From positions 192,001 to 256,000 of the forward strand of contig CBDFLJ010000001.1 in assembly GCA_965248835.1 (NCBI GenBank): a stretch of DNA of 64,000 bases, written 5' to 3'. The translations under genes were made by a program, and so were the position numbers. Origin of the DNA: Alphaproteobacteria bacterium (GTDB taxonomy: Bacteria; Pseudomonadota; Alphaproteobacteria; MPNO01). The notes under the pieces were generated by a model. That model saw only the letters and a program-made list of their open reading frames with translations. It searched no databases and was not told where the DNA came from. Shown here piece after piece: positions 26,519-36,631 of the stretch. Every line of letters begins with the position of its first letter. Positions within the stretch are counted from its first letter, which is position 1.

Positions 26519-28864
26519 TTGGCCGACGCATTCAGCCGTCACCGATCAGCACAATTCACTGGCCGCCTGGAGGACAGCAGGCTGCTGCGGGGGCGTGGCC
26601 AGTTCATCGACGATCTTGGTTTCGCCGGCGAGCTTCACGGCGTCGTCGTTCGCTCAACCCAACCTTCGGCAGGTTTGCACCGGCTGGACATGACGGCGGC
26701 GCTGCGCGTTGAAAGCGTAGTGGGGATTGTTACCGGGGATGACTTAGCCAACGACGGTGTCGGCGATCTGCCGTTCATGAGCACTATTGACGCGCCTGAG
26801 GGCGGGCCGGTCCGCACCCTGGCCATGCCCCTCCTGGCCTGCGGGGTCGTGCGATATGTCGGCGAGCCGGTCGCTTTCGTGGTGGCCGAGAGTTTGTCGG
26901 CGGCGCAAGAGGCCGCCGATCGCGTCGTCATCGACTATGCGCCGCAGGATTACGTGACTGACGTACTGGCGGCCGCTGAGGCCGGTGCGCCACTTGTGCA
27001 GAAAGGCGGCGGCAATGTCGTGGGCGAGCTGCGCTTGGGCGATCCGGCAGCGTGCCGCGCTGCCCTTGCCGGGACAAGGCATCACTTCGGCCTCCGGCTT
27101 CGGAATAACAGGCTCGTTCCCCACGCTATGGAGCCGCGCGCCGCGATCGGGCTTTACGATGCGACCAGCGCGACCTGGACATTGCATTGCGCCAACCAGG
27201 CGCCGCACCATGGTCGGGCACTCCTTGCCGATGCCGTCTTCGGTGTTCCCAGAGAGCGGATCAGGGTCAAGGTCGGCGATATCGGCGGTGCGTTCGGCGG
27301 CAGGGTGACCCCCTATCCGGAGGATGGTCTGGTACTCTACGCGGCGCGGCGTTTTGGGCGGCCGGTCCGCTGGCGCGCCGAGCGCTCCGAGAGCTTCCTG
27401 GCGGATTATCACGCACGCGATCACGCCACCGAAATTGAGATTGGTTTCGACGATGAGCTCAGAATTGTGGCCTTGCGCATTGTCGATCACGCCAACCTTG
27501 GGGCTTATGCCACGCCGTTCGGCATTCCGATCGCGACGACGACCGGCAACCGGATCGCCACCGGCGCCTACCGCGTGCCCGTCGCCGACATCACGGTGAA
27601 AACCGTGCTGACCAACACGACGCCCACCGGGCCATATCGCGGCGCGGGCCGGCCGGAAGCGATTCACCGGATTGAGCGGATCCTGGACTTCGCCGCCTCG
27701 CGGCTTGGCGTCGACCCGGTCGAGCTGCGCAGGCGCAACCTGGTGCGAAGGTGTGAGCTGCCTTATCGTGTCCTCTCCGGTCTTGCCTATGACAGCGGCG
27801 ACTTTCCGCGCCTGCTCAAGCGGGCCTTGGCCGTTGCAGAGTGGGATGGTTTTGAGGCGCGCCGTGACGGCTCGCGGAAGAGGCACCGACTGCGCGGCCG
27901 GGGCCTTGCCTACCATATCGATTCGACAAGCGGGCTGTCGCCGAAGGAAACCGTGGAAGCGGTAGCGATGCCCGACGGCCGTGTGCGCCTGTATTCCGCC
28001 ACCCAAGACATGGGCCAGGGCCTGAAAAGCAGCTATGCGCAGATTGCCCGCATAATCTTCGGGTTATCCCTTGAAGCTATCGACATCGTGCAGGGCGATA
28101 CCGCGGTGACTCCTGAAGGGACGGGGAGTTACGGATCCCGCTCGCTCTACACCGGTGGAGCCGCGGTGGCCGTGGCATGCGAGGCTCTCGTTGAATGCCT
28201 GAAGACACTGGCCGGCAAGCGGCTCGAGGCCTCCCCGGAGGACATTGTGTTCGCCGATGCGAAGCTGACGATCGTCGGCACCGACCGGCACATCACAATG
28301 CGTGCGCTGGTCGCGGCGGAGCCCAACCGGGAGGTGCGGGCAATGGGAGAGGCTGAGGCGCCGTTCTGCTTTCCCAACGGGTGTTATGTCTGCGAGGTCG
28401 AGATCGACCCGGAGACCGGCAAGATTCGGATCGACCGCTTTCACGGCGTAGACGATGTGGGCCGGGTCATCAATGCGCCAATCGTGCACGGACAAACCCA
28501 CGGCGGCTTGGCCCAAGGCATAGGTCAGGCCATGTTCGAGGAAATCCGCTACGACCCGCGGAGCGGCCAGCTCTTGACCGGCTCGTTAATGGACTACGCT
28601 TTGCCCCGCGCGAGCGACCTCCTGGAATTCGAGACCCTGTTGGACGAGGAGGAAGCAACCGCGACCAACATTCTAGGGGTCAAGGGCGCAGGGGAAAGCG
28701 GCGCGGTTGGCGCGCCGCCGGCGGTGGCCTCGGCGATCCTGGATGCGCTGTGCCCGTATGGAATCGAGCATCTCGACATGCCGATCACGCCGGAGCGTGT
28801 CTGGCGAGCTCTACGCGACGAAAAATGGGCGGGAAGACGAGAGAAAGCGGCCGACCGCAGATAG
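26519..28864 (+). CDS. Xanthine dehydrogenase/CoxL-family molybdopterin-binding large subunit
   Basis: RLED.RLL.G.G.F.DD, MEPR, GGAFG, GPYRGAGRPE, GQTHGG.AQG.GQA, KGAGE; exact start uncertain. Confidence 0.88.
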   Translation: MADAFSRHRSAQFTGRLEDSRLLRGRGQFIDDLGFAGELHGVVVRSTQPSAGLHRLDMTAALRVESVVGIVTGDDLANDGVGDLPFMSTIDAPEGGPVRTLAMPLLACGVVRYVGEPVAFVVAESLSAAQEAADRVVIDYAPQDYVTDVLAAAEAGAPLVQKGGGNVVGELRLGDPAACRAALAGTRHHFGLRLRNNRLVPHAMEPRAAIGLYDATSATWTLHCANQAPHHGRALLADAVFGVPRERIRVKVGDIGGAFGGRVTPYPEDGLVLYAARRFGRPVRWRAERSESFLADYHARDHATEIEIGFDDELRIVALRIVDHANLGAYATPFGIPIATTTGNRIATGAYRVPVADITVKTVLTNTTPTGPYRGAGRPEAIHRIERILDFAASRLGVDPVELRRRNLVRRCELPYRVLSGLAYDSGDFPRLLKRALAVAEWDGFEARRDGSRKRHRLRGRGLAYHIDSTSGLSPKETVEAVAMPDGRVRLYSATQDMGQGLKSSYAQIARIIFGLSLEAIDIVQGDTAVTPEGTGSYGSRSLYTGGAAVAVACEALVECLKTLAGKRLEASPEDIVFADAKLTIVGTDRHITMRALVAAEPNREVRAMGEAEAPFCFPNGCYVCEVEIDPETGKIRIDRFHGVDDVGRVINAPIVHGQTHGGLAQGIGQAMFEEIRYDPRSGQLLTGSLMDYALPRASDLLEFETLLDEEEATATNILGVKGAGESGAVGAPPAVASAILDALCPYGIEHLDMPITPERVWRALRDEKWAGRREKAADRR

Positions 28865-28945
28865 GTCTCTTGCTGTCCCTCCCATTTATCTCCTCTGCCT
28901 TAGAAACCTTGGAATTTCGTATCACCACCGGATACCTTTTCCGGC

Positions 28946-29974
28946 ATGCACAAAATCATCAGTGTCCTCATCTCCGTCTTCCGCGAAATCGTCCTTGGCC
29001 GCGCAGCGCTTCATACAGAAATCCTTGCCCTCCGCCAGCAGGTGGCTGTCCTGAAACGGAAAAAGCCCCGGCCATCGCTTCGGAAGGCAGATAGGGTTGT
29101 CTGGGTCATCCTGTCTTACCTATGGCCTGGCTGGCGCCACTCCCTGGTAATCGTCAGGCCCGAGACCGTCATCGGTTGGCACCGCAAGGGGTTCAGGCTT
29201 TTCCGGACATGGAAGTCGCGGCGGGGAAAGCCAGGCCGGCCACCGGTGTCGAGGGAGATCCGCGATCTGGTCCGACGGATGTCGCGGGAGAACACACGGT
29301 GGGGCGCACCTCGGATCCATGGCGAGCTTTTGAAGCTTGGCTTTTCCATCTCCCAGGCCGCCGTCTCGAAATACATGGTCCGTTACCCCTCGCCGCCCTC
29401 GCAGGTGTGGCGGACATTCCTTACAAATCACGCCGATTGCCTGGCGTCGATCGACTTTTTCGTGGTCCCCACGGCCACGTTCCGCCTCCTGTTCGGGTTC
29501 ATCGTGCTCCACCACGAGCGCCGCCAGATCGTGCATTTCGGTGTAACGGCGAACCCGACGATGGCGTGGGTCGCACAGCAGATCCGAGAGGCATTCCCGT
29601 GGGAAACAACACCCCGATACCTGCTCCGCGATCGAGATCCCGTATACGGGGTCGAGTTCCGGGACCACGTATTGTCGATGGGCATCGAAGAGGTTGTCAC
29701 GGCGCCACGATCACCATGGCAAAACCCTTATGTTGAACCTGTGATCGGCACCCTTCGACGGGAATGCCTGGACCACGTAATCATCCTAAACGAGCGGCAT
29801 TTGCAGCGCATTCTTGGCTCATACCTCGACTATTATCACGGTTCGAGAACCCACTTGTCGCTCGGCAAGGACAACCCGTATGGACGATCCGTTCAGCCGG
29901 CCAGTCCCGGAAAGGTTGTTTCCCTGCCCAAGGTCGGTGGCCTGCATCATCGTTACGAGCGTCTCGCGGCCTGA
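28946..29974 (+). mobile_element. Integrase-core (rve) transposase
   Basis: WGAPRIHGEL.KLG, SIDFF, RDRD, SPWQNPYVE..IGT.RRECLD, GGLHHRY. Confidence 0.85.
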
Positions 29975-30116
29975 CTATCTCCGCTGGGCTTCGATCAATT
30001 TCTCTCTGCGGCAACATGGACGCTGCCAGAATCCGCATGCCCTTGCACAGTGTTCGCTGGCACGAACCGGAAAAATGAACATGGTGATGCTGGCTCGTGG
30101 TCGATTGCAAAATCCA

Positions 30117-31259
30117 CTAGTGGATAAAATCTAACAGACGATTCCCTTGTCCGAGCGTATGTGCGAGTCTGCGGGCATGCGCACAGGGATTACCTTCGAG
30201 GTTTGCGTCGCCGACCGTGCTCGTCTGGAAGCGGTCGTGGCGGACAGGAACAGCCCGCAGAAGCATGTCTGGCGGGCCGGGATCATTTTGGCCACGGCTG
30301 CCGGCGCGGGGACGGTCGAGATCATGCGCCGGACCGGGAAGTCGAAGCCTTGCGTCTGGCGGTGGCAGGAACGGTTCATGGCCGAGGGCGTCGATGGCCT
30401 GCTGCGGGACAAGACCCGGCCTTCGCGTATTCCGCCGCTCGAACCCGGTGTCGCCTTGCGCATCGTCGATCTGACCCTGACCGATCCGCCCGCCGAGGCG
30501 ACCCACTGGACGGCCGCCATGATGGCCGGGAAGCTCGGCGTTTCCGTCTCTTCCGTGCAACGCATTTGGCGCGCCCACGGGCTCCAGCCTCATCGGGTGC
30601 GCCAGTTCAAGCTCTCCAAAGACGCCAACTTCGCCGACAAGCTGCGCGACGTTGTCGGGCTCTATGTCGACCCGCCCGCCCATGCCATCGTGCTCAGTGT
30701 CGACGAAAAGAGCCAGATCCAGGCCCTCGATCGCACGCAGCCCGGCCTGCCGCTAAAGAAGGGCCGCGCCGGAACGATGACCCACGATTACAAGCGGCAT
30801 GGCACGACCACGCTGTTCGCCGCCCTGAACGTCCTCGACGGCACGGTCATCGGCCGCAACATGCAGCGTCATCGCCATCAAGAATTCATCCGCTTCCTCA
30901 ACACGGTCGAGGCCGGAACGCCCGCCGGCACGGTCATCCATGCCATTCTCGACAACTACGCCGTCCACAAGCACCCCAAGGTCCGACGCTGGCTCGACCG
31001 TCATCCGCGCTGGACCTTTCACTTCACACCGACTTCCTGTTCCTGGCTCAACGCCGTGGAAGGCTTCTTCGCAAAACTCGCCAAGCGCCGGCTCAAACGC
31101 GGCGTCTTCCACTCCGTCGTTGACCTTCAAGCCGCCATCAACCGTTTCGTCGCCGAGCATAACGCCAGCGAGGCCAAGCCATTTCGCTGGACCGCGGACC
31201 CGGACAAAATCATCTCCGCCGTCAAACGCGGGCATCAAGCGTTAGATTCCATCCACTAG
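30117..31259 (+). mobile_element. IS630-family element, copy A
   Basis: CTAG-bounded IRs TGGATAAAATCTAAC / GTTAGATTCCATCCA; transposase with VDEKSQIQAL, ILDNY, SWLNAVE. Confidence 0.93.
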
Positions 31260-32444
31260 TCACCCGAATCTAAAGTTGGTGGCATAAGTTTTGATCGACG
31301 CGGAGGCAGAAGCGTTTGACGGCGGCGAGGATGTCGTCGGCTGATTTGGTCCATTTGAAGGGCTTGGGGTCTTCGTTGTGTTTTTCGATGAAGGCGCGGA
31401 TGTCGGCTTCGAGCTGCTTCGTCGAGGTATGAACGCCGCGTCGCAGTTGCTTGCGCGTCAATTCGGCGAACCAGCGCTCGACCTGGTTGATCCAGGAGGC
31501 CGAGGTCGGCGTGAAGTGGACATGATAGTGCGGCCGCCGCGCCAGCCAGGCTCTGATCGCGGCGGTCTTGTGGGTGGCGTAGTTGTCCATGACGATGTGG
31601 ATGTCGAGATCCTCGGGGACGCGGGCGTCGATCTGCTTCAGAAAGTCGAGGAACTCCCTGGCCCGGTGGCGCCTGTAGCACTTGCCGATGACGAAGCCCG
31701 TGGCGACATCGAGGGCGGCGAACAGCGAGGTCGTCCCGTGCCGGACGTAATTGTACGTCCGCCGCTCGGCCATGCCCGGCATCATCGGCAACACCGGCTG
31801 TTCGCGGTCGAGGGCCTGGATCTGGCTCTTTTCATCGACACAGAGCACCAGCGCGCGGTCCGGCGGCGACAGATAGAGCCCGACGATGTCGCGGACCTTG
31901 TCGACGAACAGCGGATCGCTCGACAGTTTGAAGGTCTGCGAGCGGTGCGGCTGCAACCCGAAGGCCGTCCAGATGCGCCGGATCGTCGTGTGCGACAGCC
32001 CGGTCTCCCGGGCCATCGAGCGGAGCGACCAATGGGTCGCATCCGCCGGCGTCGCGTTGAGCGTCCGTTCAATGACCTGTGCCACTTGATCATCCTCGAT
32101 GGTCCGCGGCCGCCCCGGCCGAGGCTCATCCGACAGTCCGTCGATGCGGTCCTTCAGGAAGCGGCGGCGCCACTTGCCGACCGTGTGCTCGTGCACGCCG
32201 AGCTCGGCAGCGACCGCCTTGTTGGTCAGACCAGCCGCGCAACGCAGGATCATGCGGCAGCGGTCCGACACCGCGCGCGCGATCTGGCGACGGCGGAGCT
32301 GACGCTCGAGATACGACCGTTCTGCATCGCTCAGAACCAAAGCCGCAACCGGCCGGCCAACGCCACGCACCATCGCAAACACCTCCAAAGCCCAACGACG
32401 ATGGCCATCATATAGTGCAATTTACTTCAGTTCCAGGTGACTAG
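31256..32444 (-). mobile_element. IS630-family element (second type)
   Basis: CTAG-bounded IRs TCACCCGAATCTAAAGT / ACTTCAGTTCCAGGTGA; 372-aa transposase 31270-32388. Confidence 0.92.
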
Positions 32445-33283
32445 GCTCCAGACTCATAACCAACAAATGACGATGGCGGCGATGGTGACGGCGGCGGTGT
32501 AGGTCAGGGCGAGTTTGTCGTATCGGGTGGCGATCCGGCGCCAGTCCTTGAGTCGGGCGAAGGCACGTTCGATGACGTTGCGCAGACGGTAGGCCTGACG
32601 GTCGAACGGGTGATGCCGTTTGCGGGTCGGATTGTTGGGGATGACCGGGATGGTGCCCCGGTCGAGAAGCAGGTCGCGGAGCGCGTCGCTGTCGTAGGCG
32701 GTATCGGCGATACACAGGCCGGGCGCCATCGCTCCGATCAGGCGCGCCGCCATCGGTGCGTCGCCGCGATGGCCCGCCCCGACGATCAGCCGTCGCGCCC
32801 GGCCGTGCTCGTCGACGGCGGCATGGATCTTGGTCGTGCGCCCACCCCGCGAGCGGCCGATCGCCTGGATCTCGGCCCCCCTTTTCCGCCTGCTGCCGAA
32901 CGGTGTGCCTTGACATGGGTCGAATCCAGCATCACCGCCGCTGGCGGTCCACCAGCCTCCGCCAACCGCACGAAGACGCCCTGCCATACACCCTTGCGCG
33001 CCCAGCGGACAAAGCGGTTGTACAGCGTCTTGTGAGGGCCGTATTCCGCCGGCGCATCCCTCCACCGGCAGCCCGATTGAAGAACATGGATGATCCCCGA
33101 TATCACCCGCCGGTCGTCAACCCGCGGCACGCCGCGCGTGTCCGTCGGCAACAACGGCGCCAGACGTCCAAACTGCTCATCGCTCAGCCAAAAGCTCTCC
33201 GACATCCTCAAGCTCCCATGGTTTGGAAGCTTGAATCAGATCCAAACAGAATCATAAAGCGCTTTTATGGGTCCAGAGCCTAG
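32441..33283 (-). mobile_element. IS5-family (IS427-like) element
   Basis: IRs GGCTCCAGACTCATAA / TTATGGGTCCAGAGCC, CTAG-bounded; two ORFs joined at an A4G6 site; RNVIERAFARLKDWRRIATRYDK. Confidence 0.9.
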
Positions 33284-33399
33284 AGCACTTTGATGTCCGT
33301 TCCGGAAAACCGAGCCGTCGTTGGGAGGGCCGATGTAATAAATAGAAGGGACAGGCGAGCCGGTTTGGCATTCACCCAACGATGATCCATCAATGGAAG

Positions 33400-33565
33400 A
33401 TAGCAGATCTTCGACCTATCTCAGCGACAACGAGTAGCGGACATACATCATCACCGCGAGGCGGATGACCTCGGGCGAACCGTTGAAATAACGGAAGGGA
33501 TTTCGCATCTGGCAAAACTATGGATGCCCCATCTGCCCATCAATCCATTTTTGCCTGACAACGCC
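33400..33565 (-). mobile_element. IS6-family left-end fragment
   Basis: IR GGCGTTGTCAGGCAAA; MRNPFRYFNGSPEVIRLAVMMYVRYSLSLR then a stop. Confidence 0.7.
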
Positions 33566-33667
33566 CTGTTGCGGCCATCAGGTCTGCTGATCGCGGGTAC
33601 TCCGCTACACCTGACAAACCCGCAGGCTGAACAAAGCGCCGACAACTGTACCTAGGCAGCTACCATC

Positions 33668-34987
33668 TCAGTTCATCAATCTCGGAAAGGTCAGCGTGAG
33701 TGCCGGGAACAACACCAGCAGCGCAACCCGCACGGCATCCGAGAGCAAGAACGGGATCACCCCCTTGAACGTCTGCGTCATCGGGACGTCTTTGGCAAAC
33801 GAGTTGATGATGAAGACATTGAGCCCGACCGGCGGCGTGATCAGACCGATCTCGACCACGATCAGGGCAATGATGCCAAACCAGATCTTGGTGTCCTCGC
33901 CGTCGAGCCCGAAGTCGAGGCCGGCGATGATCGGCCACAGCACCGGGACCGTGAGCAGGATCATCGCAAGGCTGTCCATGATACAGCCGAGTGCGATGAA
34001 GAAGACCAAGACCACCGCGAGCACCATCATCGGGCTGAGGCCGCTTTCGCCGATGACCTCTGCCAGGATCAGCGGCATCCGGGTAAAGCCGAGGAACGCA
34101 TTGAAGAATTCCGAGCCCAGTAGGACCATGAAGATCGCAGCAGTGGGAACCGCGGTCCCCACCAGGCACTCGAGGAAATCGTTTAGGCCCATCCGCGCCT
34201 TGGTGAAGGCGATCAGGCCAGTACCGAACGCACCCACCGCCGCGCCTTCGGTCGGGGTAAAGATGCCGACATAGATTCCGCCGATAACCAGGATAAAGAT
34301 CAGCAGCACCGGCCATACGTCGAACAGACCCCGCCACTGTTCTCGCCGGCTCGCGCGATCGCCGACCGGTCCGGCGTCGGGACGCAACCGCACATAGATG
34401 CTGATCGCGATCATGTAGCCGAGCGCCGCCAGGATCCCCGGAATCATCGCGGCCTGGAACAGGGTGATGATGTTGGCTTCGGTGATGATGGCGTAGAGGA
34501 CGAGCACGATCGAGGGCGGGATCAGGATCCCGAGCGTACCGCCCGCAGCTAGCGTCCCCGTCGCAAGCGCGCCCGAATAGCGGTAGCGGCGGAGCTCGGG
34601 CAGCGCGACTCGCGCCATGGTGACGGCGGTTGCGATCGACGACCCACAGATGGCGCCGAAGCCGGCGCAGGCACCGACCGTCGCCATCGCGACGCCGCCC
34701 TGCCGGTGGCCGAGCCACAAATTGGCCGCCCGGAACAAGGCAGCGTTGAGTCCCGCCTTGGTCGCAAACTGGCTCATCAACATAAACAGTGGCACCACCG
34801 AAAGGTCGTAGACGTGGTACGTCCAAAACGGCGCGGTCTTGAGATAATTGAGAAGCGGGCCGGTCCCGTTTATCAGCGAATATCCGGTGAGCCCCACCAC
34901 CATCAACCCGACGGCAATAGGGATACGTAACGCCAACAGGATCAGCAGGACGACGAATCCGGCCGCCCCCATCTCCGGACCGGTCAT
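33668..34987 (-). CDS. dctM: TRAP transporter large permease
   Basis: GSSIATA, GGTLGILIPPS, FTPTEGAA, GLITPPVGLN. Confidence 0.92.
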   Translation of the reverse strand: MTGPEMGAAGFVVLLILLALRIPIAVGLMVVGLTGYSLINGTGPLLNYLKTAPFWTYHVYDLSVVPLFMLMSQFATKAGLNAALFRAANLWLGHRQGGVAMATVGACAGFGAICGSSIATAVTMARVALPELRRYRYSGALATGTLAAGGTLGILIPPSIVLVLYAIITEANIITLFQAAMIPGILAALGYMIAISIYVRLRPDAGPVGDRASRREQWRGLFDVWPVLLIFILVIGGIYVGIFTPTEGAAVGAFGTGLIAFTKARMGLNDFLECLVGTAVPTAAIFMVLLGSEFFNAFLGFTRMPLILAEVIGESGLSPMMVLAVVLVFFIALGCIMDSLAMILLTVPVLWPIIAGLDFGLDGEDTKIWFGIIALIVVEIGLITPPVGLNVFIINSFAKDVPMTQTFKGVIPFLLSDAVRVALLVLFPALTLTFPRLMN

Positions 34988-35502
34988 CGAACCGCCGCCT
35001 TGAAGTCGCGCCAAAACACATAGCCGCTCACGACGACCAACAGCGCAAGCGACAGGAGAATCGGTGGGAACGCCGACCAAATCGGCAGGCTAAGGACCAT
35101 CGACTTATCGGCGGAGGCGCGCAGGTCGATGCCACCGAGCGTCATGCGCCAAAGCAATACCGCAGCAATTAACCCGAACGCCAAGCCCCCAAGAGCGTCC
35201 ATCGCCGACCTCACGCGTTCGGGGGCCCTTGCGAGCACGAAATCGACGATGAAGTTCCCCTTGACCAACTGACAATAGGGCAGGAAGGCGACCACTGCGA
35301 TCGCGGTGCCCATCTTAATCAGCTCGAAGTCACCGGGGATCGGCGGGCCGACTAGGGCACGAAGCGAGATACTCACGGTCTCCATGATGGTCATCGCGAC
35401 CAGGATCGCCCCGCCGCCTAGCGCGAACGCGCGGGCCAGCACCTCAAGCCAACGGCCAAGCGGGCCGTCGATCGACGGCCCGCTTGAACCGGGTTCAGCC
35501 AT
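34984..35502 (-). CDS. dctQ: TRAP transporter small permease
   Basis: Four TM segments, PIPGDFEL, position between dctP and dctM. Confidence 0.88.
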   Translation of the reverse strand: MAEPGSSGPSIDGPLGRWLEVLARAFALGGGAILVAMTIMETVSISLRALVGPPIPGDFELIKMGTAIAVVAFLPYCQLVKGNFIVDFVLARAPERVRSAMDALGGLAFGLIAAVLLWRMTLGGIDLRASADKSMVLSLPIWSAFPPILLSLALLVVVSGYVFWRDFKAAVR

Positions 35503-35514
35503 AGGTCGCGACGG

Positions 35515-36549
35515 CTACTTCGCGTGTTTGGCCAGCAAGGCGCGCGCGTCGGAGAGTACCTTGGCGCCATCGATGCCGCGGCTCTTGACCAGGACGAGCC
35601 ACCGATCGATGGCGGCTTTCGATGCCTTGCGGATCCGATCGGTCTCCGCGGCGGACAGGAAGATGAATTCATTGCCACGCTTCTTGGCGGCAGTGATGCC
35701 CGGCTGCTCCGCCTTGTCCCACACCTCGGCGGCGATCGGGGCAAGTGCGCGGCCCGTCGAATCGTCCAGCACCTTCCTCAGGTCGGCCGACAGTTTCTCG
35801 TAGCTCTTCTTGTGCATGCCTAAGAAGAACACTGCGGTCTGCACGCGAGCGTTACCCGGAATGTCGATCGAGAATTTGGTCATCTCGTGCATCTTGAACG
35901 GCCAAATGATCTCGTACGGCACCAGCGCCCCATCAATCACACCGCGTGACAGAAGCGGTGTCACCTCGCCGATCGGTGTACCGACCGCCGTCGCGCCGAT
36001 GGCCTCGATAAACCAGGATCCGCCACGATGCGGTGTGCGGATCTTCATGCCTTTGAAATCCTCGAGCCGCCGCACCGGCTTGTTGCGCATGATGAACACG
36101 TTGCCGGCATGCACGTGGAGCAGCAAGATCTTGTAGTCCTTGAATTCCTTCTTGAGGTGCATCTCCTGGAAGTCTTGGAGCGCCATGTTGGTGGCATAGG
36201 TCGTCGTGTGAACGAACGGGAGGTGGAACACCTCGAGCCTCGGAAAGCGACCCGGTGTGTAGCCCGGAAGCGTCCACACCATGTCGACGACACCGTCGCG
36301 GACCTGGTCGATCAGCTGCGGCGGCTTGCCGCCAAGCTGCATCGACGGATAGACGTCGATCTTCAGTCGCTTGCCGGACTGCTCGTGGACTCGCTTGGTC
36401 CACGGCCCGATGAAAAGCCGGTGCATCGCCGAGACAGGCGGCGAGAGATGGTGGAGCCGCATCGTGTATTCCGCAGCGCGCGCGGTGTCGGTCGGACTGA
36501 CGGCGGCCAGCGCACCCAGAACGGCGAGAATACCGAGAGCTCTTGTCAT
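35515..36549 (-). CDS. dctP: TRAP substrate-binding protein
   Basis: Signal peptide, YPSMQLGG, DGVVDM.WT..GY.PGRFP, D.KG.KIR. Confidence 0.9.
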   Translation of the reverse strand: MTRALGILAVLGALAAVSPTDTARAAEYTMRLHHLSPPVSAMHRLFIGPWTKRVHEQSGKRLKIDVYPSMQLGGKPPQLIDQVRDGVVDMVWTLPGYTPGRFPRLEVFHLPFVHTTTYATNMALQDFQEMHLKKEFKDYKILLLHVHAGNVFIMRNKPVRRLEDFKGMKIRTPHRGGSWFIEAIGATAVGTPIGEVTPLLSRGVIDGALVPYEIIWPFKMHEMTKFSIDIPGNARVQTAVFFLGMHKKSYEKLSADLRKVLDDSTGRALAPIAAEVWDKAEQPGITAAKKRGNEFIFLSAAETDRIRKASKAAIDRWLVLVKSRGIDGAKVLSDARALLAKHAK

Positions 36550-36631
36550 GACGGTCTCCTCCGGTAACGATGTTCGGAATGATGATATGGGATGGCACGT
36601 TTGAGTCAAGGTCGGCTGCCGGGGTAGCTCA

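Noticed and set aside
26519-28864. Aerobic CO dehydrogenase (also 56743-59217)
   Set aside because: The active-site loops read YRGAGR, not the form I AYRCSFR, and coxM/coxS are absent.
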